Shown: positions 25,470 to 37,800 of the stretch, piece by piece
Position numbering within the stretch: the stretch's first letter is position 1
How the letters are laid out: every line of letters begins with the position of its first letter
NCBI RefSeq assembly: GCF_001949145.1
Contig: NW_019091403.1
Coordinates: 806,001 to 868,000 of the forward strand
Length of the DNA stretch: 62,000 bases
Source of the DNA: Acanthaster planci
Lineage: Eukaryota
Direction of reading: 5' to 3'
The notes under the pieces: generated by a model
What the model saw: only the letters and a program-made list of their open reading frames with translations
What the model was told of the DNA's origin: nothing
Databases searched by the model: none
Position numbers and translations under genes: made by a program

Positions 25470-27287
25470 TCAAGTCTTTCCCGGCAGGTTGGGATGCAGG
25501 TGTAGATGGGAGGAGGAGTGCTTGGACGGTGGATTGACGGGCAGGCTAGCTGGCCGGCTACAGCTATGCTTGACCATCAGCTCTGTCTTGGTGCGGTAGT
25601 ATTCCGTCTGGGCTTTCATCAGCTCCACCCTGACTATGTGCTCCTTCACCAGGATGGCGAGCTTGCGCTTGTGGTACTCGTCTAAGGAGTCGGCGGAAGA
25701 CGAGGATGGCCGCTTCAAGGGTCGTTTCTCCTTGAGTGATAGGCCTGATGTTGAAGGAATACCTGGAATGTTGGGGGGAGGGGAATTCTTCACTTAATTC
25801 TTACATGTGGAATCTGTACGGACATGACAGAACTCATTCTACATGCAAAAGAAAACAAAAATACCTTACTGTACCGCATATGAACATATTTTAACATGTA
25901 AGAGCATATAAGGCAACCGAAAAGAAATAAATAGTCTAGATTAAAGTTGAAGACAATCTTGATTTTTTTAGGTGAGTTTCTCTTTGTTAGCAGACACAAT
26001 GCTTCTTCCACTACTAGAGGAGGCGGAGCTTCCTGAGTGTATAGTAAACTCAGGCTATGATTGGTTAATAATTGAGACACTATGGTCCAAGCTATCTTAC
26101 CATTGGCTGGCTCAACATGATGCAATTCTTGCTGATTGGTCTGTACTTCCTCTGTTCTGTCTTTTTCATTCAGCTCTTGATGTGATGCCTCCCCCTGTTG
26201 ATCAATCATCTCCTGTGATTGGATGTTGCCAGGCAATGGCAGTGGTCCTTCCAGGAATCCAGATGACCTCTTGAAGCGAACTAAAATACATGGTTTTATC
26301 AAATCAAAGAAAAAAAGTTATTTGGTTGCTGGTTTGTTAAAAGTTACTGGTTTTTATTTTGTTGCAGTTTTTTTTGGAGATAAAAACGAGGCTTACCTGC
26401 TTGTATCAAATTACGATGTCTGTCTTTACACTGTTGCACGGTTTTCACGTTGTTTTCCCCTGAAAATCTACAAGTGCAAGATCAGTATAAAGAAAAACAT
26501 TTACAAATTGTTCATACTTCCTGACACTTCACTCAATTTGTCTGGCAGTCTTTACTCACTTTCTGCATCACAACTCTACATCTACAGGGCCAATTTCAAA
26601 GTGCTGCTTAAGCAAAACATTTGTTTTAGTGTGAAAAACCTTGCTTGACAAATCAGGTTATCAGCCGAAACTTCGTGTTAGGTATATTGTTTTGGAATGG
26701 TATTTATCTGTTTTGGTTGGCATGACAATCACATAGAGTTTGAGCTAGTACTCTTTTGTATATTAAGCAAGTTTTTTTCGCGCTTAAGCAAATTCTGTGC
26801 TTAAGCAGTTCTATGAAATTTTCTAGGGGGGGGTAGGAGGTCTTATCTCTCTTTTCTCAACACTTTATCTCCATGGATTATCTGGAAAAAACTTTCAGTT
26901 TTATTGATCAGGAAGCCATTATTTCTCAAGATATAAGATCTTTATGACGAAAAATTTGACATCTTGCCATCAAAAGACAAAAGCTAATCTGGAAAGCACT
27001 TACGCATTAACACAGTCCCGTATCCTCTCCCAAGCGGCCTGCTTCTGCTGCCTCGTCGGTACACCGTGCTCGCGGAATGTCCCGTCAAGTATGTTTTTCT
27101 CCGTCGTGTATGCTGTGGCGAGAGCCACGTCCATTGTGGAAGTGAACGGTGTAGCTTTTCGTTTTGTCAGGCTGTCGATTGTCGAGTGAAAATCGTTGGT
27201 TTCTCGGGTCTCGCTTGTGCTCTCGTTGTCCGCGACTTCCGGAGCCGACTGCGGTTGTTTTGGATCGAACTCTTCTGCAGACGACAT
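25470..27287 (-). CDS. Myb/SANT-like DNA-binding domain protein (MSANTD/NAIF1-like, Harbinger-derived family); 3' exon structure uncertain
   Basis: Exons 27287-27004, 26467-26397 and 26280-26101 splice in frame to give KRKATPFT...L...EKNILDGTF...TRQQKQAAWERIRDCVNAFSGENNVKTVQQCKDRHRNL, the Myb/SANT-like pattern. A coiled-coil-like ORF (EYHKRKLAILVKEH..RVELMKAQTEYYRTK) lies at 25793-25470, preceded by an in-frame TAA at 25796-25794. Confidence 0.7.
26587..26820. mobile_element. Harbinger-like MITE in intron 1 of the Myb/SANT gene
   Basis: gggccaatttcaaagtgctgcttaagca ... tgcttaagcagttctatgaaatt (20/23 inverted match), with internal cttaagca repeats. Confidence 0.6.
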
Positions 27288-27503
27288 CGTGATAAACTTG
27301 ATCAACACTGCTTATTTTGTTCGTGCTAAGTACTGCGCTTACGAATTCGTTAATTGTTTAGCGAAAAATTAGAACACCCAGTAATTCGCTGTAGCGCCCT
27401 CTTTTGATTGATTTTGAGAGAAAAAAACTTCCAATTCAAGATGGCTGCGTCCATTGTCAACAACAAGTATCGATACGTTGAATTTTATGGGTAAACCTTC
27501 AAA
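27288..27503. promoter_or_regulatory. Bidirectional promoter between the Myb/SANT gene and the Bmt2-like gene
   Basis: The two ATGs are ~216 bp apart; YY1-like CAAGATGGCTGC at 27437-27448 and CTCF-like TAGCGCCCTCT at 27392-27402. Confidence 0.75.
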
Positions 27504-30450
27504 ATGAAGTCAAGAAGAAAGCGATATCGGCCAGTTACGGAATATAACATGTGAGGAGTTTTCCAGACACGACTTTTTTCTTGTGCTTCAAGTTGCATAT
27601 ACTCGAGCACTATTAATGCTGATCATCACTGTCACTGTCATGACTGTGGGTCCGACGCGACGTCCGCTCCTCTCTGGGCGTCGGACTCACAGTTCTGGGG
27701 GGTGGTCATCATTCATGGTCGTGATGATGATGATTGGTTTCATAAAATTAAAAGGCATGTAGGGACTTGGTAACTATTTGGCTAATGCAATGCCATGCCT
27801 TCTGCCATGGCTTCGCATGCAGCCAGCCACTGCAGGATGTGGCAAAATTGACCTTTAACACACCTCAAATTTTTAAACTTCTCCCAGCATGTGTGTCAGC
27901 AGTACAGACTTAATCTTTGCTGTATGGGCAGCCTTAATGACATCTTACATTAGAATTCTTTTTCAAATATTTTGTCTCTTTTCGTGTGGGTTAGTAGGTC
28001 TATTAAACGTTCGGGAGGAATTGAAATTCATACAATTTTTGCAGTTTAAGAGAGGCCATTTGTCCAACAAAAGTAGGAACTGAACATAAGGATTGCCTAG
28101 GCTAGGATGTACACAGTCTAGGTACAGAATATGTGCGAAGCTGAGCTGTCCTGGAATTTTTTATACTGTCGTTGAAATTTGAATTATAAATTTCTAATAT
28201 TAAATTCAAAATATTTATTTTATTTTAGAAAGACTCCTCACAGAGATAACAAGGTGATTTCAAAGCTGCATACTATTAACAAGGAAATTGAAAAGATCAG
28301 TGGAAAAAAGGAGAAAGAATCACATGCCGATCCAAGGATCATTTCCTTGAAAAAGTGTGTGGAAGAGGTATGATGTTTCTTATGTGACTTTTTAAAATGT
28401 AATTAAACGCACTGCTGACCATTACGGTGGTATCATCATTTATGCCTGTTGTTGAAATGATTTCGTGAAATTATATGCCAGCTTTTTACCTAAGTATTAG
28501 ACCCAAGTATGTATTGCCAAAACTAAAGATTCAGTATTCCCATCAAATTAGTGATTGTGCATTATACCATTAAGCTACAGTAATTTCAGAATCACACAAA
28601 ATTGATAGATATCCTCCGTTTTGACGGTTGGTTTTTGAGAGATTTCATTGTTGATTTTATAGACTTTGAGGTTGAATGAATGTAAAACTCTGATGTCTCT
28701 TTTTCACAGCTCGGAGGACTTGATGCTTATCAATCAGCATCGAAACTCGGAGAAGCTCACCATGGAAACATCAACTCTGCAAAATGGGTTCTACAAAAAC
28801 TGAAAGAATTGAATATCAGGAAAGAAAAGGTTAATTCATTGCCATAACTTGGACTACATTTTGAATGTTCAGTTTGCATTGTACACTTTTTAAAAATTCT
28901 TTTCGCCTTACATTTACTTTTGTGATAAGTCTTGGTTTAGTTTTCCAAATACTAGGAAAACCGCAAATTAACAAGATTGATGTTTGATTGTCACTCAGGG
29001 AACCAAGTTGAAACTTTTGGATGTGGGCGCTTTAGACAATCATTACAGAAAGCAGAAGAAATGGATCGACTGTACTGCCATTGATCTTAACCCTCAGAAT
29101 GGCTGTATCATCAAAGCCGACTTTTTCACATTCCAGGTAATTTTTGTGAAAGTGTTTTCTCATTACCTTCCTGAAGTTGCCTTAGGAACGGAAAGTCATT
29201 GAAAAGAGATCATTGAATCTTAGGGCTGAGTCAATTTGAATAATTCACTATTCTAATACTCGACCTTCCATTTGATTGAAGATCAGGATATTTGGTTGCA
29301 GTGAGTGGCAGCAGTATCTTTAGGAGTGTCTCCAGCCAAGATTTAGCAAAAATTAAGAGATGAACAAGACTTCATGCCCCATTGAAAATTTCTACTCCTT
29401 TTAAATTGTTTAATGAATAATTTATTTTTTTAAATCCTTGTAAGATTTCTGACACTTTTCATTTGAATCTGCTTGAAGCAAGCCTCCATAATGCAGTTTT
29501 TCTCCTTTAAAACAACAGAAAGGTTTCCCTTCCTTTTCATGAATTTCATATTCAAATATTCAAATTTGAAAAATTATATTTGAATATTTGACAATCGATC
29601 GAATATTCATTTATTCAGATATTTGGCACAGCCCTATTGAATCTTGACAACTTCATGATTTTTTGTAACCAGGTTTTGTGGAAAAGTTGTGCTACACATT
29701 AGTTGTTTTTTTTCCTGAGGAAGCTTGCCACTAGATCATATTTTGAAAACTTTTTCAGACGGCCATCAATTTTGAGGACCCAAAATTTTGAAGGTACTGC
29801 CATAGAAAAATGTTGAGAGATAAATTCCAGAGAAAATGTGAATATTGGGGCTAGATGGAATTATGGGGCATGGTCCCCACACATGGATATGACAGCTATT
29901 CTTTTGTTCAGTGTAATATGGAACTGATTATGATAAAATTAAGTGTGAATGAGACTTATGTTTTATTCATTAATAGAATGATGAGCCGATGCTCTATGAC
30001 ATCATTGTTCTGAGTTTGGTTCTGAACTTTGTTGGTTCACCTGCTAGACGTGGAGAAATGCTCAAAAAATGTAGAGCGATATGCAAGCCACTAGGACACT
30101 TATTTGTAAGTTTAATCCCATTCAGTAATTTCATTCTCTTGATATGTTGAATGTTTATAAACTTTGTCAGTAACATACACCCGATGCCAAACATTTTCCC
30201 GTCCCTTTCTCTCCATCAGATTGTTTTGCCACTTGCCTGTCTGGAGAATTCTCGGTATCTCAGCCATGAACTCTTCCAGGAAATGTTAGAGAGCCTTGGT
30301 TGCAACCTCACTGCCTCGCATAGCAGTCAAAAGCTCAGTTTCGTCATGTGTCAGTTCACCGGTGAACCTAGCCAGAGGAAAGCTTTCCCAAAGACAGTTG
30401 TCAGGAATGGAATCAAACGGAACAATTTCAGTATTGTTATGACCTCATGA
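27504..30450 (+). CDS. BMT2: Bmt2-family SAM-dependent methyltransferase, resembling fungal 25S rRNA adenine-N1 methyltransferase; 6 exons, 267 aa
   Basis: Exons 27504-27550, 28229-28367, 28710-28829, 28999-29136, 29977-30105, 30220-30450; 804 nt in frame. Motifs LGGLDAYQSASKLG, LLDVGAL (SAM motif I), AIDLNPQ, IKADFF, YDIIVLSLVLNFV, RGEML and LFIVLPLACLENSRY follow the Bmt2 pattern. The symbol denotes the family; orthology to vertebrate BMT2/SAMTOR is not established. Confidence 0.85.
29221..29636. mobile_element. hAT-type MITE with an intact 8-bp target-site duplication, in a Bmt2-like intron
   Basis: Terminal inverted repeats TAGGGCTG / CAGCCCTA flanked by a perfect duplication TTGAATCT (29213-29220, 29637-29644). 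Confidence 0.9.
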
Positions 30451-31820
30451 CCTGTGGTGTTCAAGCACTCTTCGTGGGAGCACTCCCATTTAGCCTCATC
30501 CAATCACGTTGAGGGCGCTATACTCTGTTGCCTCATACAAGTACTTCCAGATGTTAATGATATCTGTGTAGACCCTTTGAGACGTGATGCCGGTCATCAG
30601 AACATTTTAGAACTGAAATTGCTGTGGTGGTGTTCACTTCTTACGGTAGAAACTGCTAGCAATCTGTAGATGAATCACTCCTACGGATTTGATCCGGCAA
30701 TACCCATGCTCAGATCTTGTTACCTTCTTCGAAGGCATTTCAAGAAATCCCTTTCCTCTCTCCTTCAGGTTTCATTCATTGCATTCTTATTTGACTTTCT
30801 TTAAGACAAGGAAGTAATCTGGAGCAAACTGCACTTCCAACTCACATTTGAGCCAAATGATAAGTAGATAACGGTATGTCTGTTTCATATTGATTCTTTT
30901 TCCATATGCATCAAATTAAAGAGGCAGTCGGGGTGACATTAAAATGTGATACTGTGAATATTTTTGTTGAGAGGATTTAGTTTGCTTCTAATGTAAGTCT
31001 GCAAAAAATGAGACAGATTTTGGAATATCTAAGCATTTATGCTCCGATCTTAAATTTCCACAGGAATTTTGTAATGGATTGCTCAACAGATGAGACTGGA
31101 TCAGCTTATAACTTGGGGAGAAACTTGTGATTATGACACAGAACTATGTTTCAGTCTCTACATCTGATGATACCATTATGAAATGACTCAAAATGAAACC
31201 ATTTTCTGTACAGCAAATATTAATGAAATAGAAATCAAACTGATAAAGTAATAACATAAGTCTACATTGAGTCTACATGTTTGCATTATTTGCGGAGTGG
31301 TATTGCGTTTTCCCAGGTCATTAAGTTGACCCTGTGATTCAAGATCTGTGTGTGAAAAACTGAAACTTCGTAACGCGGCTTATCATGTGGTGTATTGTTG
31401 ACCCACCTTCGCCTTGCACAAATCATTTAATTCGCGCTACCAGCTTAACTTCCTCTTTCGAAGTGTTTTGCGCTTCCGTTTGGCAACTCTCTGCTTGCTG
31501 CCCGTTTCGCGGTTTACAAGTTTGGCCATCACACTCAAATCACCGTTGCAGACAGACATGACGTGTGGTTTTACAGTTAACCCAGATTGAAAACAGACGT
31601 CGCATTTCCCGATAGGGGTATTGAATATGAAGCCCCGATTGGGTGTTCATTGGGTGCTTGTGCGTACAGCTATACTGACACGCAGCAAAACAGAGGAGTT
31701 TGTTAAAGAAACAAAAAGACCCTCGAACGGGGTGTTTTGTCTGAACGATTGAGGGGCTAATGGCGTGAGCGGACCGAGTCGACGTGACCGACGAAGTGAA
31801 CACCTGTTTTCTCGGTCAAG

Positions 31821-34800
31821 ATGTAAGTGATATTAAGTGGAATTTCAGGAGAAGTGGCAGAAATCGAAGTAGACATGCCGTGGGAATTTGGAAAGAGATG
31901 TGAAGTGTGAAAGATTGTGTATTTTAATGATCAACCTTGAACAAATCCCGGCATGTAAAGACGTCTAGTCTGTGTGAGCATGGTACATTTCCTGCCCAGT
32001 TTCCGGACGCAATGTTTTGGATTTTTACGTGTATCATGTGTAGGCCTATGTGGACTTTTATGCGGAAGGCCTAACATGTATAAGATGCCATCAGCTGCAA
32101 CAGGTCCAAAAGTTCCATATTTCGGGAATTACACTTTATCTGCCAACCTGTCATGCCAGCAGTGACGATAAATTTATTATTGTATGTAGGGCCTTTGCCT
32201 ATATCATGTGTAATTTTGTGAATTTGCCCATAGGCCTACATGTACTTAAGCTTAAGGGACCCCAATGGAAATAAGCCTGTGTAATCGGCTTTCTTGGGTT
32301 ATCCCAGAATGAATCAACTGTATCTTGTTTTCTTCGTGTACGTTCGTTGCTTAGTTGGTTGATTTCTGAATAAAATAATAATAATTCAGATGCTTCTTTT
32401 GGTCAAAGTCCGATAGTTTAGTCAGGTAGGCTACACTCTTAACTAGCCTATGCATGTTTGGAGGGGGACACTTTCATAGCAGATTAGACTTTCCAAATTT
32501 GTTTCAAAATTGTCTGCATGAAGTGACTTGCTACCCCAGAACTGTGGGGTCCGATGTGGGAGTGGGGTGGACGTCTGGGAGTAGTGATTTCCCTCAATGA
32601 AATTATACGTGGTGAATAAAGTTGGTCAGGCGTGACAAGACTCAACAGTCTTCCCCTCGAAATAGTTTTACTAAATTTTCCTATAATTTAAACTTTGAAT
32701 GTAATTTTTTTTATTCTGAACAGTGACACGTAAGATGAATAATTTTTTTGTATTGTGAAACAGTTGCCAAGTACTTCAAGGATTTTAGTGTTTTTTCTCT
32801 CAACTGATTGAACAATCAACAAACTGTTTCAATAAATTTCAAAGTTAGAAATGAATTGAGACTTTATTTCCTCTTGTGATGAGCTTACAAGAGTTTATAT
32901 TCTTTTAACAGGGAGGACAGAAACAACAGTGCTAATGGTGATTTGCCAGATGATATCTTATTCCATCACCAAAATGACAATATCGGAGATGCTGCTGACC
33001 AGTACAGTAGCCTTGAAGATGTTGAAGGGGAACCTGCCACATTGAATCATGTGTCCAGCAGCCAGCATGCAGCTGCAATGAGAGATCACCTCCCCATCCC
33101 AGAAGAAGACAACCTCAGCTCGTTTGATAACGATCCTGGCTACTGGGCCGGGACCACTCCTCCTCGCAACCACAGGGAGGAGAAGAGACAGCACCTGCGT
33201 TCCCGTCAGGGGCCCAAGCCACCGCGGTTGGTCATCCCGAGACGGGACAGTATCCCCAAGACGTTCAACAGTGGTCCGCGGAGAAGCCTGGTGAGAATGG
33301 ACAAAGTGGACGAAGGAGAAGCTTTCATTGATCCGGTCCTCGGAAGCACCGCCATGCAGCAGAAGCGGAAGAGCATCACAATCGAGCGCAACCAACAACG
33401 AGAGTACAAGCACAGTGCCGTCAACTATGACGGCACTGAGGTCCCTAGTGTGATCGTACCCCTGAACACATTCCTGGACCCTATGCCGTCGCCAGTCGTC
33501 AAGGTGGACTCCAATGTCTTCTTCCGCAGTCTGACCACTCAGCAAGTGAGCCAAAGTCCCCCGCCCTCTCCAAAGAGTTCCAAGAGCAAGAAGCACTCTG
33601 TGGGAAAGTGCTACTGCCCAGAGGATCGCATCTCATTCCACAAGATATTCTCAGAGATGATCCGCATCGGCACCGCCAAGAAGGAAGGAAGTGTGGAAGG
33701 CAAGAATTACAGCGGATGGCAGGAGAACTCCAACCAAACGGACACAGTTCGCATGGCCTGGAATCAACTCTTGTGGTTGGAGTTGAAGGCATTTCAGAAC
33801 GGCCTGACAATGATACAGGAGGACCAACGGATCGTCGAAGCTCGGGAGATGATCCCCAGCATCCTGGAAGCGATTCTCAGGTTTAAGTTTATTCCCTCCC
33901 CCTCCAAGGGTAAAGGGCCCACAAAATGCACCCTGAAGCGTCATCCAAGAGGCCGTTTGTTGTCATCGAACACTGCTTCTGAGAGCGTAAGCCAAGGGGA
34001 CACGGGATCAGATTCAGACCGGAGTGTCCAGAGCCAAGACGAGCCGCTGAAGCCCTGCAACACCTGCAGCACGCCCTTCTTAAACCGTCGAGCCAGCTCA
34101 GACAGTGTCGGCATGTGCATGCCACTCAGTGCCGCCCTGACTAACTACATTCAGAACACCCGGCAAGCCTGGAAGCAGATCACAAGCATCATGGAGCAGC
34201 TAGAGGAAGCCTCACAGCTGTATTCGACCCTGAGGGCACTTCAGAACGATTACCCGCTCTACAAAATGACAGGCTTCCGAAAGCGCATCGAGACGCTATG
34301 CTTGTGGTTAAACATCACCGGCGATCTCAACCACAAATTGGAACAGGCTGCCTTGATGCTCGGGGTGATTGACATCGAAGGAGTCTTTTGGCCTTTCATA
34401 CTCGATGATGAGTCTGAAGATGAACAAATTGACCAACTGGAAATGAATGCTGTCCAGAAGGTCGAATCCGGTCTGATCAAACCACACCCAAGGAGATTAT
34501 TTGATGTTAAGGAGGTTTCAAGCTCGTTAGACTCAACAGACACTGAAGAAACAGCAATTGAAAAGGAAGTGGAATCCCCTTCAATACCAGAGCTGAATAA
34601 CCAAGATACCCAAGTACCCAAAAAGAGAACTCGATCTGTGACCTTTGACATACAAGAAGACAGCGACAGCTATGATGGACTCAACGACGCTGACGATGAA
34701 TGTGAACCCTCTCCAAGAATCACCCCCCACCACAGTACGCCGTCATTCAAAGGCTCAGTATCGGATGACTCACCCCGCATTGCCCGCATCTTCAGCCAGT

Positions 34801-37800
34801 GCCACTTCAGCTTCGACTTCAACTCGGCTACCTCCATGTACCGCCCCTTTGTCGACCGGAGCCTGAAACACAGCGGCCTGAGAAGAATGACCAACATGCT
34901 GTACACCCTGCTAGGCAAGACACTACAGAGAACAAAACAGGTTCTCCAGAAGCCTACATTTGTTGAGGACATCAATACACCCAAGCGGAAGCACAGGCCA
35001 AGCAGTGTAAGGAAAGTTTGACATTACATGACACACTTAGAGCTAGACTAAGGGTGGCAATTTATGTTTAATTTGAAAAACGTTTAGCAAACTTTCCCAT
35101 ACCGTTAAAAGATGTAAATGGCTCACCGTTACCACGGTGCCATTGAAAACCTTAAACACAACAAATTGCATACAGTGTAAATAGTTGACATAAAGTTGTG
35201 GTGATGAATTCATGGTGTTCCTTTGACAATGACCGAGTAGTCGAGTGTTCTGAAACTCAGATTTCATTTGACAGGCATTGTTTCTCAAAGAAATGAATGC
35301 CAGATTTTGTCAAAACGTCAAACCTCGAAAAGGGGCGGTTCTGTTTGTACGTTTGGGAAAAACTGTAAATGGATTTGGAACTTTTTCATTTAAATGAGTC
35401 CCACGCTAGACCAGCCTTTGGAACCAGATACACTGTAGTGAGTGCACGGGTGTTTAAAGTATGTGTGACCTACATGCAAGCATGATACAACCTCTTCAGT
35501 AGTACCTTCTAATCCTGGTTGCTGGTTGTCCTACTGTCATGGGTGTTGCTAGGATATTTTCCAAGGGGGGGGATGGTGGTGGGACAAACCCAAAGCACTC
35601 ATCAAAAACAGACCGATAAGCCATTTACAATGGAACGGGGCCAATATCAAAGCAAATTGATGATTCTCGTCCCCTTTCATCGGTATTATTTTTGGGGGGT
35701 TTGTTTTTTGTCAATAGGAGAAGTGCCACCCAGACCCCTTGCCTCCCCCTTAAACACCCACTTCTACAGTGTAGAATTTTCTTGTTTTAAAAGTCACATT
35801 TTTCCACACATGTTTTGTCCACCTTTGTGAGGAGAGTTCTAAAAGCTTTCCATTCTCGACCTAATTGAAATTCTGCACTGGACAGATTCAACAAACTGCG
35901 TGTTCTCTCCCGCAGGTTGATTACGATTCGGTGTCGGGCAATCCGCTTCCATTCACAAGCCCCATAACGCAGGAGACCAACCAGGTCGAGCAACACCAGT
36001 ACGACCTGCTATCAACACACGGGGCTTGGAGTGAAGAGTTTACAGCTATGGGTCTGCCCTCATTCATGTAAGTATACACGACCCTTGTCACTGCCTCAAG
36101 CGGGCATGGCTTCACGTATGACATTCTGTGCACCGCTCCATGTTTGAAGGTAGCAAACTGTCTTCCTAAGTAGCAATCAAGGCTTTGGGTGTCATCGTTT
36201 ATCATCTAGTCACAAATTGTGAACTGTGTGTAACTTAAGATGTAACTGTGATGCACTGTTAAGTCTAGTTTTCAAAAAGTGTCACTCTTTTTTGTATGGT
36301 CAACATATTTCTTCAAATCATAGCATTGGGAAAAGATTTTACTTTGTGAAATATACCTTTTCCAGCAAGATCTGACTTGCTGCCAATATAACAAATAAAA
36401 ATACAGAGAAAACTCGTTAAAAAAAGAATAAAAATTTGTGTAAATCACGATTTATACTCTCTGTTAAGTCATTGCAAGTTGAAATAGCTGAAGTAAAGTT
36501 TCTTCACTATCCGTACATTCTGTAGAGCGTATTCTTTGTGCTCCACCATCTGTAGCGATAAATTTTCCAGGGCTCTGCCCTTGCATTCTCCGGAACAAGC
36601 CTTGTGAGCACATCCTGTCTGTTTAACCTTGCAGTCGATGTTGACATTCAGGAAATGAAAAAACAGGAAATCAAATGTTTGGATTGTACCCTGTACATCA
36701 ACACGTTGAGGAATTAGGGGAGTGTACAAACTCTCCATTAACCTTTGCAATACTTTGAACTTATTTACTTTACACCTTTGAATCTAAAATGCGAAGCTAC
36801 ATGTCATTGTTTATAAAACCATTTTGCCCTGAACCTCCTGGATCCTTTGAAATTCACCAGGAGGTTTTAGAGACTTTTGGTCGATTGAGCCCAGACACTG
36901 TACATGTACCTTCAACAGGACTCCCTGCCTCTGGCAAGTGAAAAATATAAAATACATCTGTCATTGGTTTCCTTGTCGTTAAAGGTATCCGGAAGGTTTC
37001 TGAGACAATAAATAAAAAATTGAATTATGATAAATAACGAGAGGAAAACGATCTTGTCAGTCTGTTTCCTTTGTCTTCAAAATAAAGGAAAAAGCATTAA
37101 AATGTAGCATCAACCTTTGGAAAGAACATAAAAGGTCACGTGAAAATTCCAAAAGTTTTGCCCCCCCCAACAAATTTGGAACCCCCCCTCAAAAAAAAAT
37201 TGGGGTTCTGGATCAGCCCTTGGACACAGCTGAAATTAGGCGTACAGGTGACAAATTTCAAGTACATGTTTAAACCCAAGTTATAGCTAAATAGTTTTTT
37301 GGAGCCAAGTACTTATTCATGCAGTGCTTTGTGTAGGTTACTCCTAATTTTATTCAGGAATGTAGGCAAGTGTAAAGATTTCCTGTGTGGTTGCAGTTCA
37401 TTTAGAATCTTGTCAGAGGAATGGATATTTTTCACAAAATATGTGATGTGTGGGTGTGTTGTTTTCCCTTGCATGGAATTTATGTTGTAGAGCTTTTAAG
37501 CCAAGCGATTGAGTAGTGATTGGCATTGACTACTTTCAATCATATCACTTATCACTCCCCAAACAGTGCCTTTGATAAGCACTATTGTGGGGGGCCTTCA
37601 AAAATCCTGAAAAGGATAGAAGAAATTTCAGACCACTCCAGCAACTACCAGCATACCTCACTTTCTGCAGGGTCTGTTGTGTACATCAGTGCCAGTCACT
37701 GCAAGATAACAACTCCATTTTCGAATCATTTACAATATTAGTTTTTGAGATATTATGTATAATAAAACTTGGGTAGTCAAGTTGGCGCCATAATGAGGGT

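Noticed and set aside
26518..26581. Myb/SANT exon with TGA in place of the conserved Trp (recoding)
   Set aside because: The exon at 26467-26397 completes the domain in frame without a stop.
32958..34984. Antisense ORFs of up to 212 aa over MAP3K4 exon 2, and short ORFs in 1-9000
   Set aside because: Shadow or chance ORFs without recognisable domains or splice support.
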